Origin: Bdellovibrionales bacterium | GTDB lineage: Bacteria; Bdellovibrionota; UBA1018; CAIMNF01 | NCBI GenBank assembly: GCA_040380025.1 | Contig: JBEIJY010000014.1 | Coordinates: 1-55,955, forward strand | Length of the DNA stretch: 55,955 nt | Reading direction: 5' to 3' | Shown: piece by piece, positions 1 through 8,972 of the stretch | Layout: every line of letters starts with the position of its first letter | Numbering within the stretch: the first letter of the stretch is position 1 | Made by a program: the position numbers and the translations under genes | The notes under the pieces: generated by a model | The model's database searches: none | What the model saw: only the letters and a program-made list of their open reading frames with translations | What the model was told of the DNA's origin: nothing

Positions 1-86
1 AATAAAAAGGGTTCGCCGACTCTCGCGAGCCAGGATGGCGAAAGCGAGGCCGGAGGACCCGGCTCGGAGGCGGAACCCTTTTTATT
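1..86. repeat. Palindromic/REP-like branched stem-loop with two AGGA-loop hairpins (may extend left of the window)
   Basis: 1-14 AATAAAAAGGGTTC is the exact reverse complement of 73-86. Inner hairpins are GCC-AGGAT-GGC (29-39) and GCCGG-AGGAC-CCGGC (49-63). Confidence 0.6.
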
Positions 87-169
87 TGCCAGCCCTTCCG
101 CGAAACCGGTACCAAGTGCCGGGAGCAATCAAAAAAGCTGCTTTTGGCCGGTCAATCTTCTGCGGCCAT

Positions 170-206
170 AAAAAAACCGGGCCGGCAGGAATCCCGCCGA
201 CCCGGT
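170..206 (-). terminator. Rho-independent terminator of the M36 protease gene
   Basis: Minus strand reads ACCGGGTCGGCGGG-ATT-CCTGCCGGCCCGGT followed by a T6 run, 50 nt after the stop at 256. Confidence 0.8.
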
Positions 207-255
207 CGATTGATGAATGATTTTACAGAGAATCTGTTCGGAATCCGCGCAAAAA

Positions 256-1833
256 TCAGCGAACAGTGTAGCCGCGCGCGACGAACTTCTGCACCACGGT
301 CTCGAGGTCTCCCGGGTACAGCCGCTTCGTGGCCACGACATACGACTTCGCCGCATCGAGCTGGCTTGAGCTTGAATTCAAGCTTGCAAGCGCGGTCCAG
401 AAGAGCTTGTCGGCTTTTTCTTTTCCGATCGCCGCGTGGATTTCCATGCACACGGTCGCCCAGAGCTGGCCTGCGCTGTGAATGGACCCTTGCGCACCGG
501 AGGGGTATTTCGCCGCCACATTGACCGAGCGTCCGGGCCAGTACTTGTTGTGGCCGTCATACGAGAACGTCCAGAAGTAGGCCACATGCCCGGGCTTCAT
601 GAACTGACGGCTATAGGAAGCGGCCCAGTAGTCGCCCGATCCTTCTGAAAGCCCCTCGACCTGGGAGAGCTTTCCTTTGGTGATCCAACTATGGAGCGCG
701 TGTCCGAGCTCGTGAATGACCACATCGTGATCCTGCCCGTCGTTCACCCCGCCCTCGCCGAAGGCGAGCTCGTCCGAGAACGGACTATAGTGCGAGTTGT
801 CCTGGCCGTTCAATCCGTACGGATCGACCTTCACTCCGCCCGCGTACTTCATGGGCTTCAGGTTGAACCCCAACTGCCCGTTCAGATACTTCATCTGCTT
901 GTCGATGTGATAGTAGATGTTGAACGCATCGAAACAGGGCTGATTCCTCGCCAATTTGTACGATTCGCCCGAAAACGAGCAATCCGGATTCTTCGGCGAC
1001 TCGGAATCGACCATGACCATGTTCGGACCGGCGATGATGTACTTGCCATCCTGACGCTGGGTCAGGTTATCGAGGGTGACCTCGGTCATGATTTTCGTGA
1101 AAAAATCCGAATTGGCGTTGTTGTTGTCGGTGTATCCGGGAGTCCCATCGACCGCAAAACCCGACTTGATGGTGGGGTTCGGATCAAACACATTCACGCG
1201 GACTGCGGCGCGGTCTTTGTGATTCAGGATCAAATCCTTCGAGCGATAGACTTCTCCCGAGTTGGCATCGATCAGAAGCTCCCAAGCGTACCGGCGATCG
1301 ACCGGAGCCGAAAGCTGAACCTGGAAGACGGGCCGGAGCTTGCGCCCCTTCATGATGAGTTTTCGGGTGATCTCCTCGCGGGTGGGCGATGCGGTAAGCT
1401 TCAGCTTCTCGTAGGCGATCTCGCGCGCCTCGGCCTCTTCCATCGCAAACTGGGGCGAGCTTTCGAGCCGAAGCCCCGACAAGCGGTGGGTGTCGTTCAC
1501 ATAGCTGAGCGGGCTCAGATCGTGGGCAAGCGTGACCACGAGATCAGCCCGATCAATCTCGATTTCATGGGCCATTTGCCGAAAGCGCACCACGAATCCG
1601 GCCGGCGTATCGGTCACCGAGTCGGTCTCGAGATCGGACAGGTCCGGCTGCACGCCGAGATCGGGCGCGTTCGTTTGAAGAAACTCCCGGGCCGCCTGCT
1701 CAGGCGTGGTTGCCTTCTCGAACTGGTATTGCTGACGGACGGAGTCCGGCACGATCACGATCGGAGAAGCCTCTGCCAGCCCCGAAATCATGGTTAAAAG
1801 TAAAATAACGGACGCGAATTGCTTAGGTGTCAT
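256..1833 (-). CDS. Secreted zinc metalloprotease, M36 (fungalysin)/M4-like, with FTP-type propeptide
   Basis: Signal peptide MTPKQFASVILLLTMISGLAEA; HELGH zinc motif followed by EGSGDYWA; GGGGG RBS before ATG 1833. Confidence 0.8.
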   Translation of the reverse strand: MTPKQFASVILLLTMISGLAEASPIVIVPDSVRQQYQFEKATTPEQAAREFLQTNAPDLGVQPDLSDLETDSVTDTPAGFVVRFRQMAHEIEIDRADLVVTLAHDLSPLSYVNDTHRLSGLRLESSPQFAMEEAEAREIAYEKLKLTASPTREEITRKLIMKGRKLRPVFQVQLSAPVDRRYAWELLIDANSGEVYRSKDLILNHKDRAAVRVNVFDPNPTIKSGFAVDGTPGYTDNNNANSDFFTKIMTEVTLDNLTQRQDGKYIIAGPNMVMVDSESPKNPDCSFSGESYKLARNQPCFDAFNIYYHIDKQMKYLNGQLGFNLKPMKYAGGVKVDPYGLNGQDNSHYSPFSDELAFGEGGVNDGQDHDVVIHELGHALHSWITKGKLSQVEGLSEGSGDYWAASYSRQFMKPGHVAYFWTFSYDGHNKYWPGRSVNVAAKYPSGAQGSIHSAGQLWATVCMEIHAAIGKEKADKLFWTALASLNSSSSQLDAAKSYVVATKRLYPGDLETVVQKFVARGYTVR

Positions 1834-1900
1834 TATTTCCCCCTTTTTCATTCCCCACCGAGAGCGTAAGAAACAAATAAGGAATTCGCAAACGCAAATT

Positions 1901-3115
1901 ATGAGCGACACCACCAAGACCGTCTCCGGAAGTCACTATCGGGTCACCCACTCTGTCGGGCCGAACCAGGCAGGAATTCGACTCGATCGATTCCTGATGG
2001 ATCGGTATCCGAAGCGCTCCCGGGAGCGGATCAAAAAGATCATTGATTCAGGCGCGATCACGGTGATCCGTGAGAATGCCCCGCACCAGACCACCGGAAG
2101 AATCAAGGCGAGCCTCGCTCTTCAACCGCACGACATCGTGCAGGTTTTATCGGTGAAGCGACCCGAGCCGGAGGTGAATTTCGACTATAAGATCTTGTTC
2201 GAAGACGAGCACATCCTGGTGATCGAGAAGCCGCCAAATCTTCCGGTCCATCCGGCCGGAAGGTTCTTTTTTCATACGCTTCTGATCCACCTGAAGACCC
2301 AAGGGTTCCGGACAGATTTGAAGAGTGAGAGGAATTATTTTCTCGTTCATCGAATCGACAAAGAGACAAGCGGAATTTTGTTGCTCGCCAAGTCAAAAGA
2401 GTCGTGCAACGCATTGACCGCACAGTTCCGAAACCGCGAGACCGAGAAGTACTACCTCGCGATTGTTCGAGGAGAGCCGAAAGAAGCGCAATTTCGTGTG
2501 ACCGCATCGATCGGCAAGCCCCTGCGCGGAAAAATCAATTTGCGGATGGTGCCACTTGCCACAGAGCAAGGGGGCCTTGAGTCAGAAACCCTGTTCGAAA
2601 AAATCGAGACCCGCTCGGGAAAACACGGTGTCTTTACGCTTCTTGCGTGCTTTCCACGAACCGGACGACAGCACCAGATCCGGGTGCATGCCGAAACAGC
2701 GGGCTACCCGCTCGTGGGCGATAAGATTTACGGCATGAGCGACGAGGAGGCCCTGGCGCTCCTTGACGGCGCGCGAGACCTGGAGGCATCGCAAGTGAGC
2801 CCGCAGCCCGTCGAAGATGCCGAGGTGCCCGATGCAGACGCCGAAACAGAGGGAGACCCGGAGGAATCGATGAGCGATGATTTGCCGCCCGAGGATGCGT
2901 TTGAGATTCCGGGCCCCACAAGCTCGCGCTACGCCGAGGTCGAAGCGCGGCTCCTGATCGAGCGCCACGCGCTCCATGCGGCGGGCCTGCGATTCCGGCA
3001 CCCCGTGAGCAACGAGACCCTGACATTCGAATCGGATCTTCCGAAAGATCTTCGGGAATTTTTTGAATCGCTCGAAGAGCGCCCGCTTGCCCCGTTCCGG
3101 ACGAAGCATTGGTGA
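1901..3115 (+). CDS. RluA/RluD-family 23S rRNA pseudouridine synthase with N-terminal S4-like domain and an acidic insertion
   Basis: RLDRFL S4-like start; KPPNLPVHP; catalytic HRIDKETSG; TGRQHQIRVH; GDKIYG; RHALHA. Confidence 0.9.
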   Translation: MSDTTKTVSGSHYRVTHSVGPNQAGIRLDRFLMDRYPKRSRERIKKIIDSGAITVIRENAPHQTTGRIKASLALQPHDIVQVLSVKRPEPEVNFDYKILFEDEHILVIEKPPNLPVHPAGRFFFHTLLIHLKTQGFRTDLKSERNYFLVHRIDKETSGILLLAKSKESCNALTAQFRNRETEKYYLAIVRGEPKEAQFRVTASIGKPLRGKINLRMVPLATEQGGLESETLFEKIETRSGKHGVFTLLACFPRTGRQHQIRVHAETAGYPLVGDKIYGMSDEEALALLDGARDLEASQVSPQPVEDAEVPDADAETEGDPEESMSDDLPPEDAFEIPGPTSSRYAEVEARLLIERHALHAAGLRFRHPVSNETLTFESDLPKDLREFFESLEERPLAPFRTKHW

Positions 3116-3146
3116 GGGTGGGATCAGGTCCGGATGAGGCCGAACC

Positions 3147-3767
3147 TCACCCCTTGCCGATCGAGTTCGTGATGGATTTCAGTTTTGCGGCGGACTCCGC
3201 TTCGATGTCCTTGTGAAGCGAATTTCCGTGCGCATCGATTGTAACCACAACCGGAAAGCGCTCGACTTTGAGCTTCCAGATCGCCTCAGGGCTTCCGAAC
3301 TGCTCAAGCCCGTACACTCCGTCGACCTCGATAATCCGCTCGGCCAAAACCTGGGCCGCGCCCCCGACCGCATGCAGGTACACGCACCCGAACTTCTGGC
3401 ACGCCTCGCGGGTTTTCTCGCCCATTCCGCCCTTCCCGATCACGGCTTTGATACCGAACCGCTCGATGATTTTGGCCTGATAGGGCTCTTCACGAATCGA
3501 GGTGGTGGGGCCGGCCGCGGTTGCGACCCATTTTTTGCCCCTTTTCATCATCACGGGCCCGCAGTGGTAAATAATGGAATTCCTGAGATCGACCTCGGAC
3601 TTCGGCGGCTCATAGCCCGAATCGAGCCACTTGTGCACGGCATCTCTTCCCGTCAGGAGCTCGCCCGAGATTTCGACCATGTCGCCCACTTTGAGCGCGC
3701 GGATTTTTTCTTCGGTGAAGGGTGCGGTGAGCTGGATCGCACCGCCGGTTTTTTCTAGTACAGCCAT
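3147..3767 (-). CDS. Class I (Fe-S) fumarate hydratase/tartrate dehydratase, beta subunit
   Basis: GRDAVH, YHCGP, GPTTSIREE, IGKGGMG motifs. Start at MAVLEK overlaps the alpha subunit stop. Confidence 0.9.
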   Translation of the reverse strand: MAVLEKTGGAIQLTAPFTEEKIRALKVGDMVEISGELLTGRDAVHKWLDSGYEPPKSEVDLRNSIIYHCGPVMMKRGKKWVATAAGPTTSIREEPYQAKIIERFGIKAVIGKGGMGEKTREACQKFGCVYLHAVGGAAQVLAERIIEVDGVYGLEQFGSPEAIWKLKVERFPVVVTIDAHGNSLHKDIEAESAAKLKSITNSIGKG

Positions 3768-4648
3768 TTTTGAATCCCTCCTTTTTTGTCGACGATCGCG
3801 CCCTGCCTGCGGAACGCCCAGCACATGTACGAGACGCTCACAAAAAACGACGCCGGAACGCGGTTCTGGGCCGTGATCTTGGTGGCAAGAAGCGTGGTCT
3901 TTCCGCCGAAGCCCATCGGTCCGATGCCGAGCTGGTTCGCCTCGCGGGTCACGCGTTCCTCCATCGCGGCAAGCTCCGGGACGGGGTTCTTGTCGATGAT
4001 TTTGCGCAAAAACTGCTCTTTCGAGGCCGCATAGCCGGTTCCCCGGTCGCCCCCGATGCAAACACCCAAGATTCCGGGCCCGCAGCCCTTTCCTTGCGCA
4101 TTCTGAACCGCATCGAGAATGCACTTCTCGACCCCGTTCAGATCGCGGCCCGCGCTGATGCGCGAATCCGGAAGGCTGTACTGGGCACCCACGTTCTCGC
4201 ACCCGCCGCCTTTCAGCATGAGCTTGATCTCGAAAAAGTCCTTCTTCCAGGGCTCGGCATGGATCACGGGAGCGCCCGGTCCGATGTTGTTCCCGCTGTT
4301 TTTGCCAGTGATCGAGTCGACACTGTTTTGCCGGAGGTAGCCTTTTTTGGTTGCCGAAACGACAGCCTTTTTTACCAGCTTTTGAAGAAGGGCATAATCG
4401 GTCTTCATCGGAAAATGAATGTAAAACAGCACCGTGCCCGTGTCCTGGCAGAGGGGCTGGGACTTGCGTTTGGCAATGCCGACGTTGTCGCAAATGATGT
4501 CCATCGCGTATTTTGCCGAAGATCCGGCCGATTCTTCTTTGCGTCCGGCCTCGATCGCGCGAAACACATCATCGGGAAGTTCGGCCGAGGTCTTCCGGAT
4601 CACCTCGACCAGGGAGTCGTGAAGTTTCTTTTGTAGCGTGGGATTCAT
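3755..4648 (-). CDS. Class I (Fe-S) fumarate hydratase/tartrate dehydratase, alpha subunit
   Basis: PLCQDTG, KGGGCEN, GCGPG, GIGPMGFGG, MCWAFRR motifs. Confidence 0.9.
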   Translation of the reverse strand: MNPTLQKKLHDSLVEVIRKTSAELPDDVFRAIEAGRKEESAGSSAKYAMDIICDNVGIAKRKSQPLCQDTGTVLFYIHFPMKTDYALLQKLVKKAVVSATKKGYLRQNSVDSITGKNSGNNIGPGAPVIHAEPWKKDFFEIKLMLKGGGCENVGAQYSLPDSRISAGRDLNGVEKCILDAVQNAQGKGCGPGILGVCIGGDRGTGYAASKEQFLRKIIDKNPVPELAAMEERVTREANQLGIGPMGFGGKTTLLATKITAQNRVPASFFVSVSYMCWAFRRQGAIVDKKGGIQKWLY

Positions 4649-4696
4649 GCGCAAATTCTTACCCCAACCGGCGCGGGAAATGCTAGCTTCATTTTG

Positions 4697-5959
4697 ATGG
4701 TCGGGATCATGGTCAGGACGTGGGTTTTCCTCCTGCTCGGAAGTGCCAGCGTGACCTCCTCGGCTCTCGCGGGACCCACCACGCTCAGCTTCCGCGACTG
4801 TGTCGATCTGCTCGATCGCGCGAACCCCGAACTGCTCGCCGCGCGGGCGGCCCTTCGCGCGCAGGAAGAGACTTGGAAAGGTTCGTATGCGGCGTTTTTT
4901 CCGAGCGTTGAGGCGTCCCTCGGCATGAGCCGCTCGGATCCCGCCGGAATTCCCGACCCCCGCTACACCTCGGGCGTGAATGTCTCGTACAATTTGTTTT
5001 CTGGTCTACGCGATCGGGGCCGAAACCGGCAGGCCGGAGCGAACCTCGAGGTCGCACGCGCAAACCTCGATTCCGTGCGCGCCAAAGTGAGCGCGAACCT
5101 GCGGCAGGTGTTCGCCCAGTACCTTTTTGCCCGCGAGAATATCACGCTGACCGCGGCCATCCACGAGCGACGAATCCAGAACGAGCGCCTCGTGCGCGCC
5201 CAATACGAACTCGGTCGCGAGAACCAGGGCTCGTATCTGTTCTCGAAGACCCTGATGGAGCTCGCCGAATACGAGAATCGCGTGGCCCGCGACCAGCTCG
5301 TGATCGCATCCCAGAACCTTGCCCATGTCGTGGGAGTGGACGCGCTCGATTTCGAGGCCTCAGGCGAGATTCCGCTCTCGGAGCCACCCGAGACGGCGCG
5401 TGCCGAGGACTTGCTTCCGGTCACGCCGGCGCACCGGATCCAGCTGGGCAAGATCAAGCTCGCCGAAAGCACGAGCGAGGTCGCGTTGAGCGGGTTTTCT
5501 CCGAGTCTGGATCTCTCGGGCTCGGTGCGGAACACAGCCTCGCACCTGAGCTTCGACGAGAACCGCCAGTGGACGCTCGGACTTGCGCTCACGATTCCGC
5601 TGTTTTCGGGGCTCAGCACGCTTCGCGACTATCGGAGCGCGCTCGAATCGATCACCTCGGCCGAGAGCAACCGCACGGTCGTCGACTTCGAGACCCTGAC
5701 CTCGCTCCGGCAAAGCTTATTCTCGTTCCGCCAGTCGATTCACAAACTGCGGGTGGATTTGCACATTCTTGAGGCCGCCACCATCCGCGCCACGATCGCG
5801 CGCAAACGCTACCATACGGGGCTTCTGATGTTCGAGCAGTGGGACATCATCGAGAGCGATCTGATCAACCGCCAGAAAACGGCACTTGCGAGCAGGCGCG
5901 ATCGCGCCATCGCCGAAGCGAATTACCGGCAAACCCTGGGAATCGGAGACCATCCATGA
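4697..5959 (+). CDS. TolC-family outer membrane efflux protein
   Basis: Signal peptide; NPELLAARA, two OEP-like repeats (SYNLFSG, TIPLFSG); ATGA overlap with the adaptor gene. Confidence 0.85.
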   Translation: MVGIMVRTWVFLLLGSASVTSSALAGPTTLSFRDCVDLLDRANPELLAARAALRAQEETWKGSYAAFFPSVEASLGMSRSDPAGIPDPRYTSGVNVSYNLFSGLRDRGRNRQAGANLEVARANLDSVRAKVSANLRQVFAQYLFARENITLTAAIHERRIQNERLVRAQYELGRENQGSYLFSKTLMELAEYENRVARDQLVIASQNLAHVVGVDALDFEASGEIPLSEPPETARAEDLLPVTPAHRIQLGKIKLAESTSEVALSGFSPSLDLSGSVRNTASHLSFDENRQWTLGLALTIPLFSGLSTLRDYRSALESITSAESNRTVVDFETLTSLRQSLFSFRQSIHKLRVDLHILEAATIRATIARKRYHTGLLMFEQWDIIESDLINRQKTALASRRDRAIAEANYRQTLGIGDHP

Positions 5960-6933
5960 ATCTGAAAACCAAAAAAATGTTTTGGCTCATCGCCGGAATC
6001 GCGGGGATCGTTGCAGTGGCCGGACTGCTGAGGGGGTTCCGGAAGAAGCCCGAGAAGGCGACCTTTCACGAAGAAAAAGCCACCAAATCGAAATTTCTCG
6101 AGACCGTGATCGCCACCGGTACCGTCTCGCCCGAGAACCGCCTGGTGATCAAGCCACCGATCGCAGGCCGGGTCGAGGAAATCCTCGTCCGCGAAGGGCA
6201 AAGGGTGGCAAAGGGGCGCCTGCTCGCGTGGGTCAGCACGACGGAGCGGGCGGCGCTGCTCGATTCGGCCCGGGCCGAAGGCGAAACCGAGCTCGAACGC
6301 TGGAAGAACTTTTATAAAGCGACTCCGATTTACGCGCCCATCGACGGGATGATCATTCTGCGCTCGCTCGAACCCGGGCAGTCCTTCAATGCGGGCGAGG
6401 GAATTCTGGTCATGTCGGACCGACTCACGATCAAGGCACAGGTCGATGAGACCTCGATTGCAAAAGTGAAACCGAAGCAAAAGGCCAGGATCGTGCTCGA
6501 TGCGTACCCGGAAGAAAAAATCACGGGCTCGGTCGTGCACATCGGGTTTGATGCGCGCACCGTGAACAATGTGACCGGCTATGTGGTCGATGTCCTGCCC
6601 GAAAATGCACCTCCGCACATGCTCTCGGGAATGACTGCGAATGTGATGTTTATTTTGAAGGAGCTCGAAGATGCGATCACGATCCCGAGCGAGGCGCTCC
6701 AGAGCCAGGACGGCCAGGCCTGTGTTCGGCAGAAAACCAGCGATGATCCGCTGAAAGACCCTTGTGTGCCGGTCAAAACGGGTCCTGCGAACGAGAAGCG
6801 CACCGTGATCGTCGAGGGTCTCGCGGATCAGCAAGCGATTTGGGTGCCGGATTTGAAGCCTGTGGAGTTCAAGGCGGGCTCGCTCCCGAAAAACCCGTTC
6901 AGCCCGATCGGATCGGGACGGATGCGCCACTGA
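5956..6933 (+). CDS. macA: Efflux periplasmic adaptor (MacA-like membrane fusion protein)
   Basis: N-terminal TM segment; biotinyl-lipoyl-like IAGRVEEILVREGQRVAKG; IYAPIDG; lies between TolC and MacB. Confidence 0.8.
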   Translation: MNLKTKKMFWLIAGIAGIVAVAGLLRGFRKKPEKATFHEEKATKSKFLETVIATGTVSPENRLVIKPPIAGRVEEILVREGQRVAKGRLLAWVSTTERAALLDSARAEGETELERWKNFYKATPIYAPIDGMIILRSLEPGQSFNAGEGILVMSDRLTIKAQVDETSIAKVKPKQKARIVLDAYPEEKITGSVVHIGFDARTVNNVTGYVVDVLPENAPPHMLSGMTANVMFILKELEDAITIPSEALQSQDGQACVRQKTSDDPLKDPCVPVKTGPANEKRTVIVEGLADQQAIWVPDLKPVEFKAGSLPKNPFSPIGSGRMRH

Positions 6934-6934
6934 C

Positions 6935-8932
6935 ATGAGGACCGAAAAAAAAACGATCCTCGAGCTTCGGAACATCGAGCGGAGTTTTCCGCTCGGTGAC
7001 GAAAAAGTCCAAGTCCTCCGCGGAGTCTCGCTTGCGATCGAAGCCGGAGAATTCGTGGCCCTCATGGGTCCTTCGGGATCGGGAAAATCGACCCTCATGA
7101 ACCTGATGGGCCTTCTGGACCGGCCCGATTCGGGAGAGATTTTTCTCGAGGGCCGGGACATCCGGAAGCTTTCCGACGCCGACCTTGCCGAGGCAAGGCG
7201 GGAGACAGTGGGTTTCGTGTTCCAGCAGTTCCATCTTCTGCCACGGCTCACCGCTCTCGAGAACACCTCGCTCCCCTTGCTCTACTCGATTCGCTCGATG
7301 CCGGAGGCTCCGGCTCTCGCCCTCCTTGCCCGGATGGGGCTCGAATCGCGCGTGCATCATCGTCCGAGCCAGCTGTCGGGAGGACAACAGCAAAGAGTCG
7401 CGATCGCGCGCGCCCTCATCAATCGCCCCCGGATCATCCTCGCCGACGAGCCGACCGGAAACCTCGACTCCAAAAGCTCGGCCGAGATTCTGCGTCTTTT
7501 GAAGGAACTGAACGAAGAAGGGATGACGATCCTGATCGTGACCCACGAGGCCGAGGTGGCCGAGGCCGCAAACCGGATCATCACGATCCGTGACGGACGG
7601 ATCGAGTCGGATCGGACTCGGGAAGCGCCGGCACCGGAAAGCAAGAAAAGCCCGAAGAACACGAAACCCGCCCCCTCTTCGACCCTTGCGGCGGAAGCGC
7701 GCCCCGAGCACGGAAACCGCCTGCGCGAGCTCTTCAAGCAAGCATTCCGGTCGCTGTTTGCGAACAAGCTCAGGACCTTTTTGTCGACCCTCGGTGTTCT
7801 GATCGGCGTCGCGGCCGTGATCGCCATGCTTGCGATCGGAAAAGGCGCGCAGGAATCGATTGAGACCCAGCTTTCTTCGCTCGGCTCGAATCTCTTGAGC
7901 GTGCGCCCCGCCCCCATCCGCGTGGGCGGCGTTTCGACCGAGTCCGACTGGCTCAAGATCACGCCCGAAGATGCCGAGGCCGTCGCACGGCTCATTCCGG
8001 GCGTCAAGAACACAGGCTCGGTCGTTCAGAGCGGAAATCAGCGCGTGTCGTATCTGGACAAAAACGGAATCACGACCGTGTATGGAACGCTTCCCTCGTA
8101 CGCGCGGATGCACGCTGTGATTCCCGAGATCGGCCGCTACTTCACCGAGCAAGAGAATCGCGAACGGGCCCTCGTTGCCGTGATCGGGGCCACCGTATCG
8201 CGGGAGCTTTTTGGCACGCAAAACCCGATCGGATCGACGATCAAGGTGAACCGGGTTCCGCTCCGGGTGATCGGCATCCTGCCCGAGAAGGGCTCGAGCG
8301 GATTCGGCGACCGGGACGATCAGGTGCAAGTGCCGCTTTTGACCGGAATGCGCCGGATTCTGGGCAAGACCTCGCTTGATATCCTCGAAGTCGAGATCGA
8401 AAAGGGCTCCCACATGGGCGAGGCCAAATCAAGAATCGACGAACTGCTCCGGTCCCGCCACGAGATTCCGCCCTCGCAATCCGAGGAAGCGTTCCGGATC
8501 TTGAACATGGCCGACATCCAGTCCGCCCTGACCGAAACCAGCAAGACCCTCTCGGTGTTGCTATTGATCATTGCTGGGATTTCACTCCTCGTGGGCGGGA
8601 TCGGGATCATGAATATCATGCTCGTCTCGGTGACCGAGCGTACCCGCGAGATCGGACTCCGAAAGGCGATCGGGGGAACCCCGGCCGACATTCTGCTGCA
8701 GTTCTTGGTCGAATCGGCCGCAATCGGGGTTTTCGGGGGACTTCTTGGTGTGAGCCTTGGCATCGGGGCCTCTTTGCTCGTCTCGGTCGTTGCCGGCTGG
8801 ACCACCTCGATTTCGATTCCCGCGGTGATCGGGTCTTTTTGGTTCTCGAGCCTGGTCGGCATGGGCTTCGGGCTATGGCCCGCTCGGAAAGCCGCGCTCC
8901 TGAATCCGATCGAGGCGCTGAAAGGCGAATGA
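6935..8932 (+). CDS. macB: MacB-type ABC transporter, fused ATPase and permease
   Basis: Walker A GPSGSGKS, LSGGQQQRVAIARAL, ADEPTGNLD; C-terminal GGIGIMNIMLVSVTERTREIGLRKA. Confidence 0.93.
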   Translation: MRTEKKTILELRNIERSFPLGDEKVQVLRGVSLAIEAGEFVALMGPSGSGKSTLMNLMGLLDRPDSGEIFLEGRDIRKLSDADLAEARRETVGFVFQQFHLLPRLTALENTSLPLLYSIRSMPEAPALALLARMGLESRVHHRPSQLSGGQQQRVAIARALINRPRIILADEPTGNLDSKSSAEILRLLKELNEEGMTILIVTHEAEVAEAANRIITIRDGRIESDRTREAPAPESKKSPKNTKPAPSSTLAAEARPEHGNRLRELFKQAFRSLFANKLRTFLSTLGVLIGVAAVIAMLAIGKGAQESIETQLSSLGSNLLSVRPAPIRVGGVSTESDWLKITPEDAEAVARLIPGVKNTGSVVQSGNQRVSYLDKNGITTVYGTLPSYARMHAVIPEIGRYFTEQENRERALVAVIGATVSRELFGTQNPIGSTIKVNRVPLRVIGILPEKGSSGFGDRDDQVQVPLLTGMRRILGKTSLDILEVEIEKGSHMGEAKSRIDELLRSRHEIPPSQSEEAFRILNMADIQSALTETSKTLSVLLLIIAGISLLVGGIGIMNIMLVSVTERTREIGLRKAIGGTPADILLQFLVESAAIGVFGGLLGVSLGIGASLLVSVVAGWTTSISIPAVIGSFWFSSLVGMGFGLWPARKAALLNPIEALKGE

Positions 8933-8937
8933 GAATC

Positions 8938-8966
8938 TTGCTCCTCATCTCTCTCTCCGGTAGCCT
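8938..8966 (+). promoter_or_regulatory. sigma70-type promoter giving a leaderless DUF885 transcript
   Basis: TTGCTC-N17-TAGCCT, then 6 nt to ATG 8973; no Shine-Dalgarno. Confidence 0.5.
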
Positions 8967-8972
8967 GTCGGC

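Noticed and set aside
3768..4493. N-terminal extension of the 448-aa ORF suggesting a longer or fused fumarase
   Set aside because: Out-of-frame overlap with the alpha subunit; the beta subunit starts at 3767.
4669..4684. GG-N10-GC as a sigma54 promoter for tolC-macAB
   Set aside because: Poor flanking consensus; better explained by the overlapping extended -10 TGcTAGCTT.
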